A stretch of DNA of 64,000 bases from Candidatus Aenigmatarchaeota archaeon (lineage in GTDB: Archaea > Aenigmatarchaeota > Aenigmatarchaeia > GW2011-AR5 > JAGGXF01). The DNA is taken from NCBI GenBank assembly GCA_021157845.1, contig JAGGVU010000006.1, positions 4,070 to 68,069 of the forward strand, read 5' to 3'. Under the pieces are notes generated by a model. It saw only the letters and a list, made by a program, of their open reading frames with translations. It made no database searches and was not told the origin of the DNA. Shown in pieces: positions 31,220 through 41,255 of the stretch. Within the stretch, counting starts at the first letter, position 1. Each line of letters opens with the position of its first letter. Position numbers and translations under genes: made by a program.

Positions 31220-33400
31220 CTATGCAATTTCTGCATCTGTTCGCAGGCCCTTCCTGTTTCGGATATTCGATTTAACCTTTTCATATAAGACCTTTGGCAA
31301 GAACTCAAACTTAACATCTATTAATGAATAAAATCCTTTGCCACCTGTAGCTGATTTTAACGAGGCTTCAAATCCGAACATTTCCGCAACTGGCATTTTT
31401 GCCCGTATTATGGCAACGCCCTGCTCGTTTTCAACATTTTCAACCTGACCGCGTCTGTTCTGAATTTCAGACATAACATTTCCCATTAATTCTTCTGGTG
31501 TATCGACTCTAATAATTTGTATAGGTTCAAGAAAAGTTGGCTCTGCATTTATGATAGCAGTTTTTATTGCTTCTCTTACAGCAGGATAAACCTGAGCAGG
31601 CCCTCGATGAATAGCATCTTCGTGCAACTTAGCATCTACTATTTTGACTTTGACAGCACTTAATGGCTCTCGCGCAAGAGGCCCTTCCTTGCAAACAGAT
31701 TCAAATGCATCTAAAACAAGTTCCATAGTTTCTGTTAAATATTGAATTCCTTTTGTCGCATCTATGAAAAGGTTTCTGTTATAAATGTCTAGGCATTTTT
31801 TTGCTTCCTCTTTTGGAAGCCCGTACTCCTGCAAAATAGGCGCCAGCTCTTTTGTCCTTTTTACGCGACCTTCCGGAATCTTGTCGTCTGCTATTGCCTC
31901 GTAAATTTCTCGCTCAAGAGGCTCCACAACCATATAAAACCTGTTGTGCTTGTTTGGCGACTTTCCTTCTATTTCGTTGCTAATACCTCTAACAGACTCT
32001 CTGTAAACAACTATAGGAGGCGATGTTGTAACATCAATTCCACTCTCCCTTAACGGCCTTTCTATTTTTGCATCTATATGGAGTTCACCAAGCCCAGAAA
32101 CAAGATATTCACCTGTTTCTTCATTTATAGTTATTTTTAGTGTCGGATCCTCTCTGCTTACCTGCCTCAAAAAATTAATCAACTTTGGAAGGTCTTTTGG
32201 ATTTTTTGGCTCAATAGACTTTGTTACAACAGGCTCAAATATGTGCTTTATAGATTCAAATGCATGCAATGTTGCACCCTGCTCTGTTACAGTTTCGCCA
32301 GAAAATGCATCTGTTAATCCTACAACACCAATTATATTCCCCGATGGTATTTCATCCATTTGTATGCGCTGGGCGCCTTTATAAATTGAAACCTGCTGAA
32401 GCCTCTGGTCTTTTGCTTGGCCAATAAGATGAACCATCTGCCCTTTATGTGCAGTGCCTGAAAATATTCTACAGGTTGCCACAATACCAGCATGCGGGTC
32501 TGGAACAACCTTTGTCACAATCATTGATAGCTGCCCGGACGGGTCGCATGACGTCATTTGTTTTCCAACTTCTGAATTAATATCACCGTGCCAAATTTTT
32601 TCTATCCTATATTTTTGTGCTTCTATCGGATTCGGTAAATGTTCTATAACCATATTTAATACTATTTTATGCAAAGGAGCTTTTTTTGCAAGCTCTTTAT
32701 CCTTATCTTGCGAGCAATAATCAACTATATCTTTGAAAGTTATTTTATATTCTTTCATAAAAGGAAAAGAAATTGCCCAGTTTCTATAGGCAGAGCCGAA
32801 TGCAACAGATCCGTCCTCTACTTTGACTATCCAGTCTTTTGCAAACTGTTTTTCACTATACTTTTGTATAAGCATATTTGTTGTTTTAATAATTTTTGCA
32901 AACCTTTCCTGCATCTGTTCTGGCGTAAGTTTTAACTCTTTTATAAGCCTGTCAACCTTGTTTATAAAAAGCACGGGTTTTACCCGTTCCTTCAAAGCCT
33001 GCCTTATAACAGTTTCTGTCTGTGGCATTACACCCTCAACAGCACAGGCAACAATAACAACACCATCAACAGCACGCATGGCTCTTGTTACATCTCCGCC
33101 AAAATCAACATGACCTGGAGTATCTATAAGATTAATAAGATAATGATCATCTTTGTAAGGGTGAATCATAGAAACATTAGCAGAGTAAATTGTTATTCCA
33201 CGCTCCTGCTCCTGTTTGTCAAAATCTGTCCACAATGCTGTCCCAGCTATTTCTTCAGAAAGCATGCCTGCTCCGGCCAACAGATTGTCTGTTAACGTTG
33301 TTTTGCCATGATCAATATGAGCAGCTATTCCTATGTTCCTTATATGTTTTGGTTTTTTCATCAGTTCTGTTAATTGTTCTGTCAAAGATTTTTTTGCCAT
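31220..33400 (-). CDS. fusA: Translation elongation factor 2 (aEF-2)
   Basis: GTPase motifs (AHIDHGKTTLTD, DTPGHVDF, NKVD) and the diphthamide loop HEDAIHRG; 726 aa. Confidence 0.95.
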   Translation of the reverse strand: MAKKSLTEQLTELMKKPKHIRNIGIAAHIDHGKTTLTDNLLAGAGMLSEEIAGTALWTDFDKQEQERGITIYSANVSMIHPYKDDHYLINLIDTPGHVDFGGDVTRAMRAVDGVVIVACAVEGVMPQTETVIRQALKERVKPVLFINKVDRLIKELKLTPEQMQERFAKIIKTTNMLIQKYSEKQFAKDWIVKVEDGSVAFGSAYRNWAISFPFMKEYKITFKDIVDYCSQDKDKELAKKAPLHKIVLNMVIEHLPNPIEAQKYRIEKIWHGDINSEVGKQMTSCDPSGQLSMIVTKVVPDPHAGIVATCRIFSGTAHKGQMVHLIGQAKDQRLQQVSIYKGAQRIQMDEIPSGNIIGVVGLTDAFSGETVTEQGATLHAFESIKHIFEPVVTKSIEPKNPKDLPKLINFLRQVSREDPTLKITINEETGEYLVSGLGELHIDAKIERPLRESGIDVTTSPPIVVYRESVRGISNEIEGKSPNKHNRFYMVVEPLEREIYEAIADDKIPEGRVKRTKELAPILQEYGLPKEEAKKCLDIYNRNLFIDATKGIQYLTETMELVLDAFESVCKEGPLAREPLSAVKVKIVDAKLHEDAIHRGPAQVYPAVREAIKTAIINAEPTFLEPIQIIRVDTPEELMGNVMSEIQNRRGQVENVENEQGVAIIRAKMPVAEMFGFEASLKSATGGKGFYSLIDVKFEFLPKVLYEKVKSNIRNRKGLRTDAEIA

Positions 33401-33521
33401 TAAACCACCTTTCCATTAAAATTCTAAATTGTCTCAAAATACATATTATAAAACTGTCACTCTTTTAAAGATTTTGCCGTGACAGAACTAAGATTAAAAC
33501 TAAAAATTTAAAAGGTTATCA

Positions 33522-33944
33522 TCACGTTTCACAGGACTGAATATCTTTTGCGGTTTTTCTGACATTTTCTAGTTCTTTCAGTATATCTTCTATTCCTGAT
33601 TTGACTTTTTTATCCAATTTATTTCTTAATTGTGCATTCTCAACCAGTTCTCGCAGTTTATTACTGTTATAATCAAGTTCTATTATATCAGAGAATTCTA
33701 CATTTTTTACCTGCGGTATCTCACCGTTTGCTATTTTTCTCGCTTCTCCTAAGATTACCGGATCATTTATCAACGAATATCTGATACCACCAAACGTATC
33801 TTCCCCTTTATAGAGAAGTATATCTTCATCTGGGATATAAAAACAGTCTATACAGGGAGTTGCATGGATGTGAATACTTTCGAACGTTCGCACATAGTGG
33901 ATTACTCTCATGATTAAAGTAATGCCTGAAAAATACTTAAACAT
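33522..33944 (-). CDS. Hypothetical protein (140 aa), inserted between EF-2 and S7
   Basis: ORF only. Confidence 0.45.
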   Translation of the reverse strand: MFKYFSGITLIMRVIHYVRTFESIHIHATPCIDCFYIPDEDILLYKGEDTFGGIRYSLINDPVILGEARKIANGEIPQVKNVEFSDIIELDYNSNKLRELVENAQLRNKLDKKVKSGIEDILKELENVRKTAKDIQSCET

Positions 33945-33963
33945 TCAGGAGAAATATGATTAG

Positions 33964-34338
33964 ATGATTAATATGTTTGTAACCTTGCTGCTGATTGGTT
34001 TTGGATGTTACCTAACAATTGATACAATAAAAGCGATTAATGAGTATTCTGCATTAGGTATTGGCATAAGGACTGCAAATAGAATTGTTGAGACTGAGAA
34101 AAAGAACATAACACGATGGAATAGGTTGGCAAAATGTGGTAAACAAGGTGGAAAAAGCAAAGAAGAAATAAATAAAGTTGTAGGAGAAAGAAAGATAGAG
34201 GAATATGAAAAAGTATTAGACGACTTTAAAAAAGACAAATTCTATATCCCAATTGGACCAATTTCTTTCCTTGTTGAAAAAAGAAATAAAAGATATGTGA
34301 ACAAAAAGATAGAAGAACTGGAAAAAGCGTTAAGATGA
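33964..34338 (+). CDS. Hypothetical N-terminally membrane-anchored Lys/Glu-rich protein (124 aa)
   Basis: ORF with an N-terminal TM helix. Confidence 0.45.
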   Translation: MINMFVTLLLIGFGCYLTIDTIKAINEYSALGIGIRTANRIVETEKKNITRWNRLAKCGKQGGKSKEEINKVVGERKIEEYEKVLDDFKKDKFYIPIGPISFLVEKRNKRYVNKKIEELEKALR

Positions 34339-34400
34339 TGCTTCTAGGCGATTATCTGTTTATGGTATAAGCTTTAATTCTTTATTATCCAAAATAAATT

Positions 34401-35660
34401 ATGAAATGGAAATTTTCTGAAAAAGCTGAAAATTTAACAGGCTCAAGAATAAGAGAATTATTAAAATTAGTTGAGAAGCCTGATATGATTTCTTTTGGAG
34501 GTGGCATGCCATCGCCTGAAACATTTCCTATAGATTATATCACAGAAAGACTTCCAGAGATTATGAAAAAATATGGAACCAAGATGCTACAATATGGAAA
34601 AACAAGTGGAGAGGATGTCTTTAAAGAAGCGATAATAAAAAGAATGAAAAAACGGAACATAATATGTGAAAAAGAAAACATAATCGTGTCATCTGGTTCA
34701 CAGCAACTGTTGAACATAAGCGGTATTGCTTTACTAAATGAGGGAGATAAAATTATAACAGAAACTCCAACATATCTTGGAGAATTGCAGGCGTTAAAAC
34801 TTATTGGCCCAAGATATGAAACAGTCCAGATAGACAATGATGGCATGATTGTAGAACAACTAGAAGAAAAAATGAAGAAATATAATAAAAAGAAAATGCC
34901 TAAATCTATATATGTAATTCCGACATTCCAAAACCCATCAGGAGTAACCATGTCCAAAGACAGGAGAAAGCATTTGCTGGAAATATCAGAAAATTACCAA
35001 ATACCAATAATAGAAGATGACCCGTATTCTGAACTTAGATTTGAAGGAGACGAAATTCCACCTATAAAAAGTATGGACAAAAATGGAAACGTGCTTTATT
35101 TATCAACAGTATCAAAAATACTTGCTCCAGGCTTCAGATTGGGCTGGGCTATAGGAGACAAGGAACTGATAGAAAAATTAATATTAATTAAACAAGGAAC
35201 CGACTTGTGCACAAATGTTTTTGCACAATATATAGCAGCCGATTATCTTATAAGCGATGAATTTGAGAAAAACCTGAATAAAACAAGAAAACTTTATAAG
35301 AAAAAAAGAGATGCTATGATTGAAGCACTAGAAAAATATATGCCTGAAGAAGTTAAATACAATCATCCAACTGGTGGAATGTTTATCTGGCTCAAAGTTC
35401 CAGATTACATAAATACAGAAAAAATGTTAAAAAAAGCGATTAATAATAATATTGCCTATGTTGACAGTAAAGGATTTGACCCATTGGGCAAAAATACACA
35501 TGGGATGAGATTGAACTTTTCTTATCCAAGTTTGGAAGATATAGAAACTGGGGTTGAAAGGCTAGGAACAATTATACAAGAAGAGATAGATGAAAAAAGA
35601 GATAAAATAATAAGATCGTTGCGTAAGTTCACCAATCCTCTATTAAAACGGACGGATTAA
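34401..35660 (+). CDS. PLP-dependent aminotransferase, class I/II (AspB/LysN-like)
   Basis: Aminotransferase fold motifs (GGGMPSPETFP, PTFQNPSG, LSTVSKILAPGFRLGW with the PLP lysine). Confidence 0.8.
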   Translation: MKWKFSEKAENLTGSRIRELLKLVEKPDMISFGGGMPSPETFPIDYITERLPEIMKKYGTKMLQYGKTSGEDVFKEAIIKRMKKRNIICEKENIIVSSGSQQLLNISGIALLNEGDKIITETPTYLGELQALKLIGPRYETVQIDNDGMIVEQLEEKMKKYNKKKMPKSIYVIPTFQNPSGVTMSKDRRKHLLEISENYQIPIIEDDPYSELRFEGDEIPPIKSMDKNGNVLYLSTVSKILAPGFRLGWAIGDKELIEKLILIKQGTDLCTNVFAQYIAADYLISDEFEKNLNKTRKLYKKKRDAMIEALEKYMPEEVKYNHPTGGMFIWLKVPDYINTEKMLKKAINNNIAYVDSKGFDPLGKNTHGMRLNFSYPSLEDIETGVERLGTIIQEEIDEKRDKIIRSLRKFTNPLLKRTD

Positions 35661-35680
35661 CAGAAAAATTTGAATATTGC

Positions 35681-36385
35681 TTATCTGGCACTGGCAGCTT
35701 CCCTTTCTATTCGCTCTTTTTCTCTTATAGCCAAAGAATCAGGAGAATTATTGTAAGCTGCTATTATTTCATTGGCCAAAACATCTGCAACGTTGCTTTT
35801 TTTCCCGTAACACTTTTGGTAAGTTCCTTGGACAATATATCTTAGTGCCTTATCTATTCTTCTTTGTGGTGATGTTATAACTGCCTTTCTTGCTATTATA
35901 CCACCAACCTGAAAAGATGTTGTTTCTTCCCTTATCGCAGCATTTTCTAAGGCGCGTACAAATACTTCAATCGGATTTTTCTTTGTCTTTTTTTCTATAA
36001 TTTCAAATGATTTTTCAACTGTGGAGAGATTTTTTAAAAATGATTCTGTGTTCCTCCCAGAACTTATTTTATGCTTCTTGCCAGAATGCCCAGCGACCAT
36101 CATCTTTAAAACAAGCCTTTCAACAATATGCATCTTTGATTTATAGAATTGCTTTCTTTGGTATCTTCCTCCAGAACGCGGAATGATCCTTGCTTTCAGG
36201 CCTAGATATTTCTTAAGCCCCAAATCTCTAACTTCTATATTGCTGTCCCATCTTCCAAATAATTTTAAGGTGTCCAAAGGGGAAATATTTTTTCTGACAA
36301 CTTCTTTTTTAGGTTTAACAATAACTTTTTTTTCCTTAGGCTTCTCCTTAACCGCTTTCTTTGTTGATTTTGTAGTTTTTTTCAT
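35681..36385 (-). CDS. rps7: 30S ribosomal protein S7 (uS7) with a Lys-rich N-terminal extension
   Basis: uS7 core (KMMVAGHSGKKHK...VRALENAAIREET...AIREKERIEREAASAR). Confidence 0.9.
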   Translation of the reverse strand: MKKTTKSTKKAVKEKPKEKKVIVKPKKEVVRKNISPLDTLKLFGRWDSNIEVRDLGLKKYLGLKARIIPRSGGRYQRKQFYKSKMHIVERLVLKMMVAGHSGKKHKISSGRNTESFLKNLSTVEKSFEIIEKKTKKNPIEVFVRALENAAIREETTSFQVGGIIARKAVITSPQRRIDKALRYIVQGTYQKCYGKKSNVADVLANEIIAAYNNSPDSLAIREKERIEREAASAR

Positions 36386-36389
36386 TTTA

Positions 36390-36815
36390 TCACCGTGTAG
36401 GTTTTTGCTTCTTTCCTTTTCTCACTTCTTCCAAAGACACGCCATTAACCTTTATAACTTTCCACTTTATGCCCCACATAGAGCCTACTGCTCCGCCCTG
36501 GCTTCCGCCAATGCCCTCTAAAAGCACCTGATCATGCTCATTTATATGCTTGATTGCATTAGTTTTTGGGACAAATGCAGTTATTTGCTTTCCGTTTTTG
36601 ATGAGTCGGACACGAACTGCTTTTATAAGGCCAGAATGAGGCTGTTTTTGCTCAACTTGCCTCTTTTCAAGCACTATACCTTTTGCCTGTTGAGCACCTT
36701 CAAACGGGTCTTTCTTTTTTTTCAGACCCAAAACCCTATTCCTATAGCTAGTTTTTTTCCATCGCATTTTTTTTCTTTTTTTGTGCAACTTGCGGGCGGC
36801 GAACTCTCCTGCCAT
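36390..36815 (-). CDS. rps12: 30S ribosomal protein S12 (uS12)
   Basis: uS12 motifs ([25 protein letters not shown]...[14 protein letters not shown]). Confidence 0.9.
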   Translation of the reverse strand: MAGEFAARKLHKKRKKMRWKKTSYRNRVLGLKKKKDPFEGAQQAKGIVLEKRQVEQKQPHSGLIKAVRVRLIKNGKQITAFVPKTNAIKHINEHDQVLLEGIGGSQGGAVGSMWGIKWKVIKVNGVSLEEVRKGKKQKPTR

Positions 36816-36962
36816 TTATATCACATTAGATTTGATTAAAGTATCACACATATATGATACCGAACTTATCTCAATAATGTTAATACATCATATGATATCG
36901 CGTACAGCTTTTATACGGACCATCTGGTGAACTTTTTCTGGTATACAGCTCATTGAATATAA

Positions 36963-37367
36963 TTACAAAACTTTTAAATCTTCCATTCCAAATATTCTTT
37001 GCATAAACGTTTTAATTGTTTTTACATTTTCTCCATGTGAACCAATTGCCTTTGCTCGGTCCTTTTTATGCACATGGACAAAAATTTTTTTGTCTTTAAT
37101 TATGATATCTTTGGCAGATGGAATTATATTTTTGATAAAAGATTTGATATTACTGTCGTATTCAAATATTTTTATTTTCTTTTTAAATAACTTTTCAGCT
37201 GCCTTTATTTTTGCTCCCTTCTTTCCGACAATTTTACCATATTGCCCCTGAGCAACGACAAAATATATTGTAGATGATGTATTTATACAATCTATGATGT
37301 CTGTTCCTGAAAATTTTTGAATAACATCAATTTGTTTAATAGTTTGATAGTCTAATTTTATCTTCAT
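36963..37367 (-). CDS. nusA: Archaeal NusA-like KH-domain protein
   Basis: Two KH motifs (IVGKKGAKIKAAEKLF, AIGSHGENVKTI); position between L30e and S12 as in the conserved operon. Confidence 0.8.
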   Translation of the reverse strand: MKIKLDYQTIKQIDVIQKFSGTDIIDCINTSSTIYFVVAQGQYGKIVGKKGAKIKAAEKLFKKKIKIFEYDSNIKSFIKNIIPSAKDIIIKDKKIFVHVHKKDRAKAIGSHGENVKTIKTFMQRIFGMEDLKVL

Positions 37368-37579
37368 TCCATCACTTTCTTAGTTACACCAACAACAGCT
37401 ACTGGGAACGGCTTTCCAACATATGTGCCAAGCTTTATACTATCGCCCTTAAACTTTTCAGCATCCTTAAACTCGTTTTTAATAAATGACGGAGCATTAT
37501 CAGCTACTAATACACGCTCTAAAAGCCCGTTCTTTAATGCCTTTTTTACCTCTTTGAATCCTATTATGAATTTTTCCAT
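37364..37579 (-). CDS. rpl30e: 50S ribosomal protein L30e (short form)
   Basis: L7Ae/L30e-family motif LGTYVGKPFPVAVVGV; conserved position downstream of rpoA''. Confidence 0.6.
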   Translation of the reverse strand: MEKFIIGFKEVKKALKNGLLERVLVADNAPSFIKNEFKDAEKFKGDSIKLGTYVGKPFPVAVVGVTKKVME

Positions 37580-37633
37580 ATTACGACACCATTGATATTC
37601 ATGCGGATGTTAAATATTTAAAAACATTGGAAA

Positions 37634-38737
37634 TTATTTTTTACCTTTTAATTTATCTGCGTCTATAACAAGTTTTACAAACCCTGTGCCAACAGGAGCT
37701 ACCTTTCCAATCATAACATTTTCTATTGTACTGTTCAAGTTGTCCCTTTCACCTCTAAAACTGGCGTTTACAAGATGTTTTACAGTTTCTTCAAAATTTG
37801 CTCTCGCCAAAACAGAAGCTTTATGACCGGCAACGCCATACCTCCCAATAGAACTTACCTTCCCATCGAATGTCATTGTATCAGCAATTAACAGCAGATG
37901 CCTTATGTCAACTGATAATCCCTGGTCTCTCAGAGTTTCCCTGGCCTGCTCAAGTATAAGATTTCTCGCAGCCTCAATACCAAGAACAGATTCAACCTCA
38001 TATATATCGTTTGTTTTTGTTCGGTTTACATCAACTTCCTCTAATTCGAGAATAGCTTTTAAGTTTGAGCCCTCGGCAGTTATTATCCAATCATTTTTTT
38101 CTTTCTTCACAGCAACGCTGAGTATATTTTTTATTCCCCCGACTTTCGCGTCAAGAAGCTTAAATTTAAGTGATCTCAAGTTTTTTATTTCTGCATCATC
38201 TGGTTTTATATATACAGTTTGGCCCTTTCGCGTGATTTTTCCATCTTTCATATAATTTTTTACAATTTCCTTAAATGTGTCAAAGTTTATCTTTTCTGCG
38301 AATATAAATTCCAGCTGCATATTTAAAAGATCAATGGAAGAAGATGCTAAACTATCTTTAACTTTTTTCTCCTTTATCTTTTCTGCAAATTTTTTGGCGT
38401 AATTTTTATTATTATATTTTGGCTTCAAATAAATAATCATACTGCGCTCAAATGTTTTTCTCGCATCAAATATTTCAATCATTCGCGGCAGCCCGTGTGT
38501 AACTTTTGCCAAGGCTGTTGTTTGGGATGCCAAAGTATAAGAACGCATAGTCATCTGGGTAGCAGGCTCAGAAATGCTTTGTGCACTAAGGACACCTATA
38601 GCTGTTCCGGGCTCAACAGCAACCTTTTTTAGTATTTGCATTAGTTTTTTCTTAAGTTGGGCTTTTTTCTGGCCAGTTAAATTATGAGACTTACAAAATT
38701 CCTCAAATTTTTCTTTTAGCTTTTGATTCATTTCCAT
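37634..38737 (-). CDS. rpoA2: DNA-directed RNA polymerase subunit A''
   Basis: Homology pattern of the Rpb1 C-terminal part; follows rpoA'. Confidence 0.9.
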   Translation of the reverse strand: MEMNQKLKEKFEEFCKSHNLTGQKKAQLKKKLMQILKKVAVEPGTAIGVLSAQSISEPATQMTMRSYTLASQTTALAKVTHGLPRMIEIFDARKTFERSMIIYLKPKYNNKNYAKKFAEKIKEKKVKDSLASSSIDLLNMQLEFIFAEKINFDTFKEIVKNYMKDGKITRKGQTVYIKPDDAEIKNLRSLKFKLLDAKVGGIKNILSVAVKKEKNDWIITAEGSNLKAILELEEVDVNRTKTNDIYEVESVLGIEAARNLILEQARETLRDQGLSVDIRHLLLIADTMTFDGKVSSIGRYGVAGHKASVLARANFEETVKHLVNASFRGERDNLNSTIENVMIGKVAPVGTGFVKLVIDADKLKGKK

Positions 38738-38747
38738 ATTAATTCCC

Positions 38748-41255
38748 TCATATAATAAGATTAAAATTTATTTCCCCATTATCTGACTTACCAACGTCCA
38801 TACCGTCTTCACCAGCTACAAACTGTATTATTCTTCCAGAGCTATCCCTGACTGTGCCATCGTACTCCACTTTTAAGTCCTGCAGAGCATTAACAAGTCT
38901 TCTTTCCAGATATCCTGAATGACGCGTTTGCAATGATTTATCCATTAAGTTCTCCCGTGAATTCATGGCATCAAAGAAAAACTCAAATGGGTCAAGACCG
39001 TCTTTATAACAGTTAAAAACAAATCCATGCGATTTAAGGTCTAAAACTCCTTTCTTAAAATGTGAGGTTGTTCTGTTTCTAAATCCCCGGAATATTCTCT
39101 TTCCAGCAATAGCCTTTTGCCCAACCAATACACTGGTTTGAGTCAAATTAACATAACTTCCACGTGCACCTGTTTTCGCCATAATTACTGCACTATTCTC
39201 CTTAATTTTAGTTTTGATAAGTTTGCTCATACTATTCATAAGTTTTCCAGCTTCGCTCTGTATAAGTAATTCCAAGGAACCTTTCTCATCAAATCCGGGC
39301 AAAGGCTTTAACCTGCCGCTCTTATAGGATTTTATAAGGTGGTCCACATTTTTCCTGGTCTCGCTAATCTTTTTTTCTTTGATTGTTGTTATATTTTTAT
39401 TGACCATCTGGTCGCTGATAGATATCGTAAACCCGTGATGCGTGACATAATAAATAGAAACCCTTGAAACATTGTTCAAAAACTCTTTTATTTTATCAGA
39501 CCCGTATTTTCTTTCTATTATATTTATGAGCTTTCCTTTGCCTTCGCCAAGCGCATTGTCGTCTATTACACCATGCTTAAGCTTTCCGTTTTTTATAACA
39601 ACATAAGCGTCATAAGGACAATTATGCTTTTCACAATGTGGACAACCTACGCATCCGGCTGATTTAAATTCTATATTCAAGTCAGATGGCAGAAGTGCGC
39701 TGAAAATTTCCTTACCAGTATAAGAGTCTTTTAGATTTTCATTTTCTTTTCCTATAAGCATGAATATATGTGCGGCCTCTTTTTTATCAAGGACCGTTCC
39801 CTCCCTTGTAAGCAAATAAGTACCTGTTATCTGGTCATGTTTGCATGAAATTAGCGGAAGCCCATATCTTGGAGATCTTATATTATCTTTAACCGCAAGC
39901 AGCATCTTTGCCTCAACTTGTGCTTCTTCTGTTTGCGGAACATGTAAATTCATTTCATCCCCATCAAAGTCTGCATTGTAAGGAATTGTTGTACATGGAT
40001 GAAGACGAAATGTTTTATATGGCAAAATCTTGGCCTTATGTGCCATTATAGAAACCTTATGCAAAGACGGTTGCCTGTTAAAGAGAACTATATCTCCATC
40101 CTGTAAATGACGTTCAACAATATAACCAATTGTCACTTCTTCAGCAATAGCTTCCTTGTTTTCTTCTGTTATTTTTTTCTTAATGCCATCTGACCTTATG
40201 AGATAATTTGCAGCAGGATAATTATCCGGACCTCTTAATATAAGTTCTTTTAAATATTTTATATTCTTTTTTGTAACACGTTCTGGAACTGTCAATTCTT
40301 TTGCAACATATTTTGGAACGCCAACCTCATCTATTGATATTTTTGCATCAGGCGATATAACAGTTCTAGCAGAAAAGTTAACACGCTTTCCTGTTAGATT
40401 TCCCCTAAAACGACCTTCTTTTTTTGTGAGCCTCTGGGCCAATGTCTTCAGAGGGCGGCCGCTTCTATGCCTTGCTGGCGGCAGAGTAGAAATTTCATTG
40501 CTCATTAATGTAGAAACATGGTACTGGAGCAGCTCCCATATATCAGCTATTATAAAATCAGGGGCTCCTAACTCAAGATTCTTTTTTAAACGCTCATTTA
40601 TCCTTATAATATCAACAAGCTTGTGAGTTAAATCGTCTTCGCTCCTTTCACCAGATTCAAGTGTTATCGAAGGTCTCATGGTTACTGGTGGAACAGGAAG
40701 TAGTGTAAGAATCATCCACTCAGGCCGACCACCGCGAATTTTTAAAAGTTTCAAATCCTCATCTGTTATTTTCTCTAATCGCGCTCTTATTTCTTCGGCT
40801 GTGAGCTCTTTAGAGTCTTCTCTAAATAATGTTGGCTTTTGGTATGTTATCTTTTTTTGCTTTTCTTTGCATTGTGGACAAACTTTTAGAGGATTTTTGT
40901 AAACATTTTTCAAACTTATTTTTTTATCTGATTTATCATACAAAAGAGCTCCACATTTCCTGCATGTAACTTTTAATAGCTGATATATTCTCTTTGCGTA
41001 AAGTGGGTGTATTATGGGTTTGGTAAGTTCAATATATCCGAAATGGCCAAGGCAATTTCCTGCTGTTGCTCCGCATACCCGACATCGAAGTCCGGGATCT
41101 ATCACACCAAGCCTTAAGTCACTCAACCCTCCATCTATAGGATAGCCATCCGGATCATATAGCTCAGCTTTATCTATACGCACAGTTGTCATTTTCTTTA
41201 TCATCTGTGGTGATAAAAGCTTAAAATCAATTGAAGTTATCTCCATAGTCATCAC
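38748..41255 (-). CDS. rpoA1: DNA-directed RNA polymerase subunit A'
   Basis: Zinc clamp CRVCG...CLGH, the catalytic NADFDGDEMN motif, and an ATGA overlap with rpoB. Confidence 0.95.
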   Translation of the reverse strand: MMTMEITSIDFKLLSPQMIKKMTTVRIDKAELYDPDGYPIDGGLSDLRLGVIDPGLRCRVCGATAGNCLGHFGYIELTKPIIHPLYAKRIYQLLKVTCRKCGALLYDKSDKKISLKNVYKNPLKVCPQCKEKQKKITYQKPTLFREDSKELTAEEIRARLEKITDEDLKLLKIRGGRPEWMILTLLPVPPVTMRPSITLESGERSEDDLTHKLVDIIRINERLKKNLELGAPDFIIADIWELLQYHVSTLMSNEISTLPPARHRSGRPLKTLAQRLTKKEGRFRGNLTGKRVNFSARTVISPDAKISIDEVGVPKYVAKELTVPERVTKKNIKYLKELILRGPDNYPAANYLIRSDGIKKKITEENKEAIAEEVTIGYIVERHLQDGDIVLFNRQPSLHKVSIMAHKAKILPYKTFRLHPCTTIPYNADFDGDEMNLHVPQTEEAQVEAKMLLAVKDNIRSPRYGLPLISCKHDQITGTYLLTREGTVLDKKEAAHIFMLIGKENENLKDSYTGKEIFSALLPSDLNIEFKSAGCVGCPHCEKHNCPYDAYVVIKNGKLKHGVIDDNALGEGKGKLINIIERKYGSDKIKEFLNNVSRVSIYYVTHHGFTISISDQMVNKNITTIKEKKISETRKNVDHLIKSYKSGRLKPLPGFDEKGSLELLIQSEAGKLMNSMSKLIKTKIKENSAVIMAKTGARGSYVNLTQTSVLVGQKAIAGKRIFRGFRNRTTSHFKKGVLDLKSHGFVFNCYKDGLDPFEFFFDAMNSRENLMDKSLQTRHSGYLERRLVNALQDLKVEYDGTVRDSSGRIIQFVAGEDGMDVGKSDNGEINFNLII

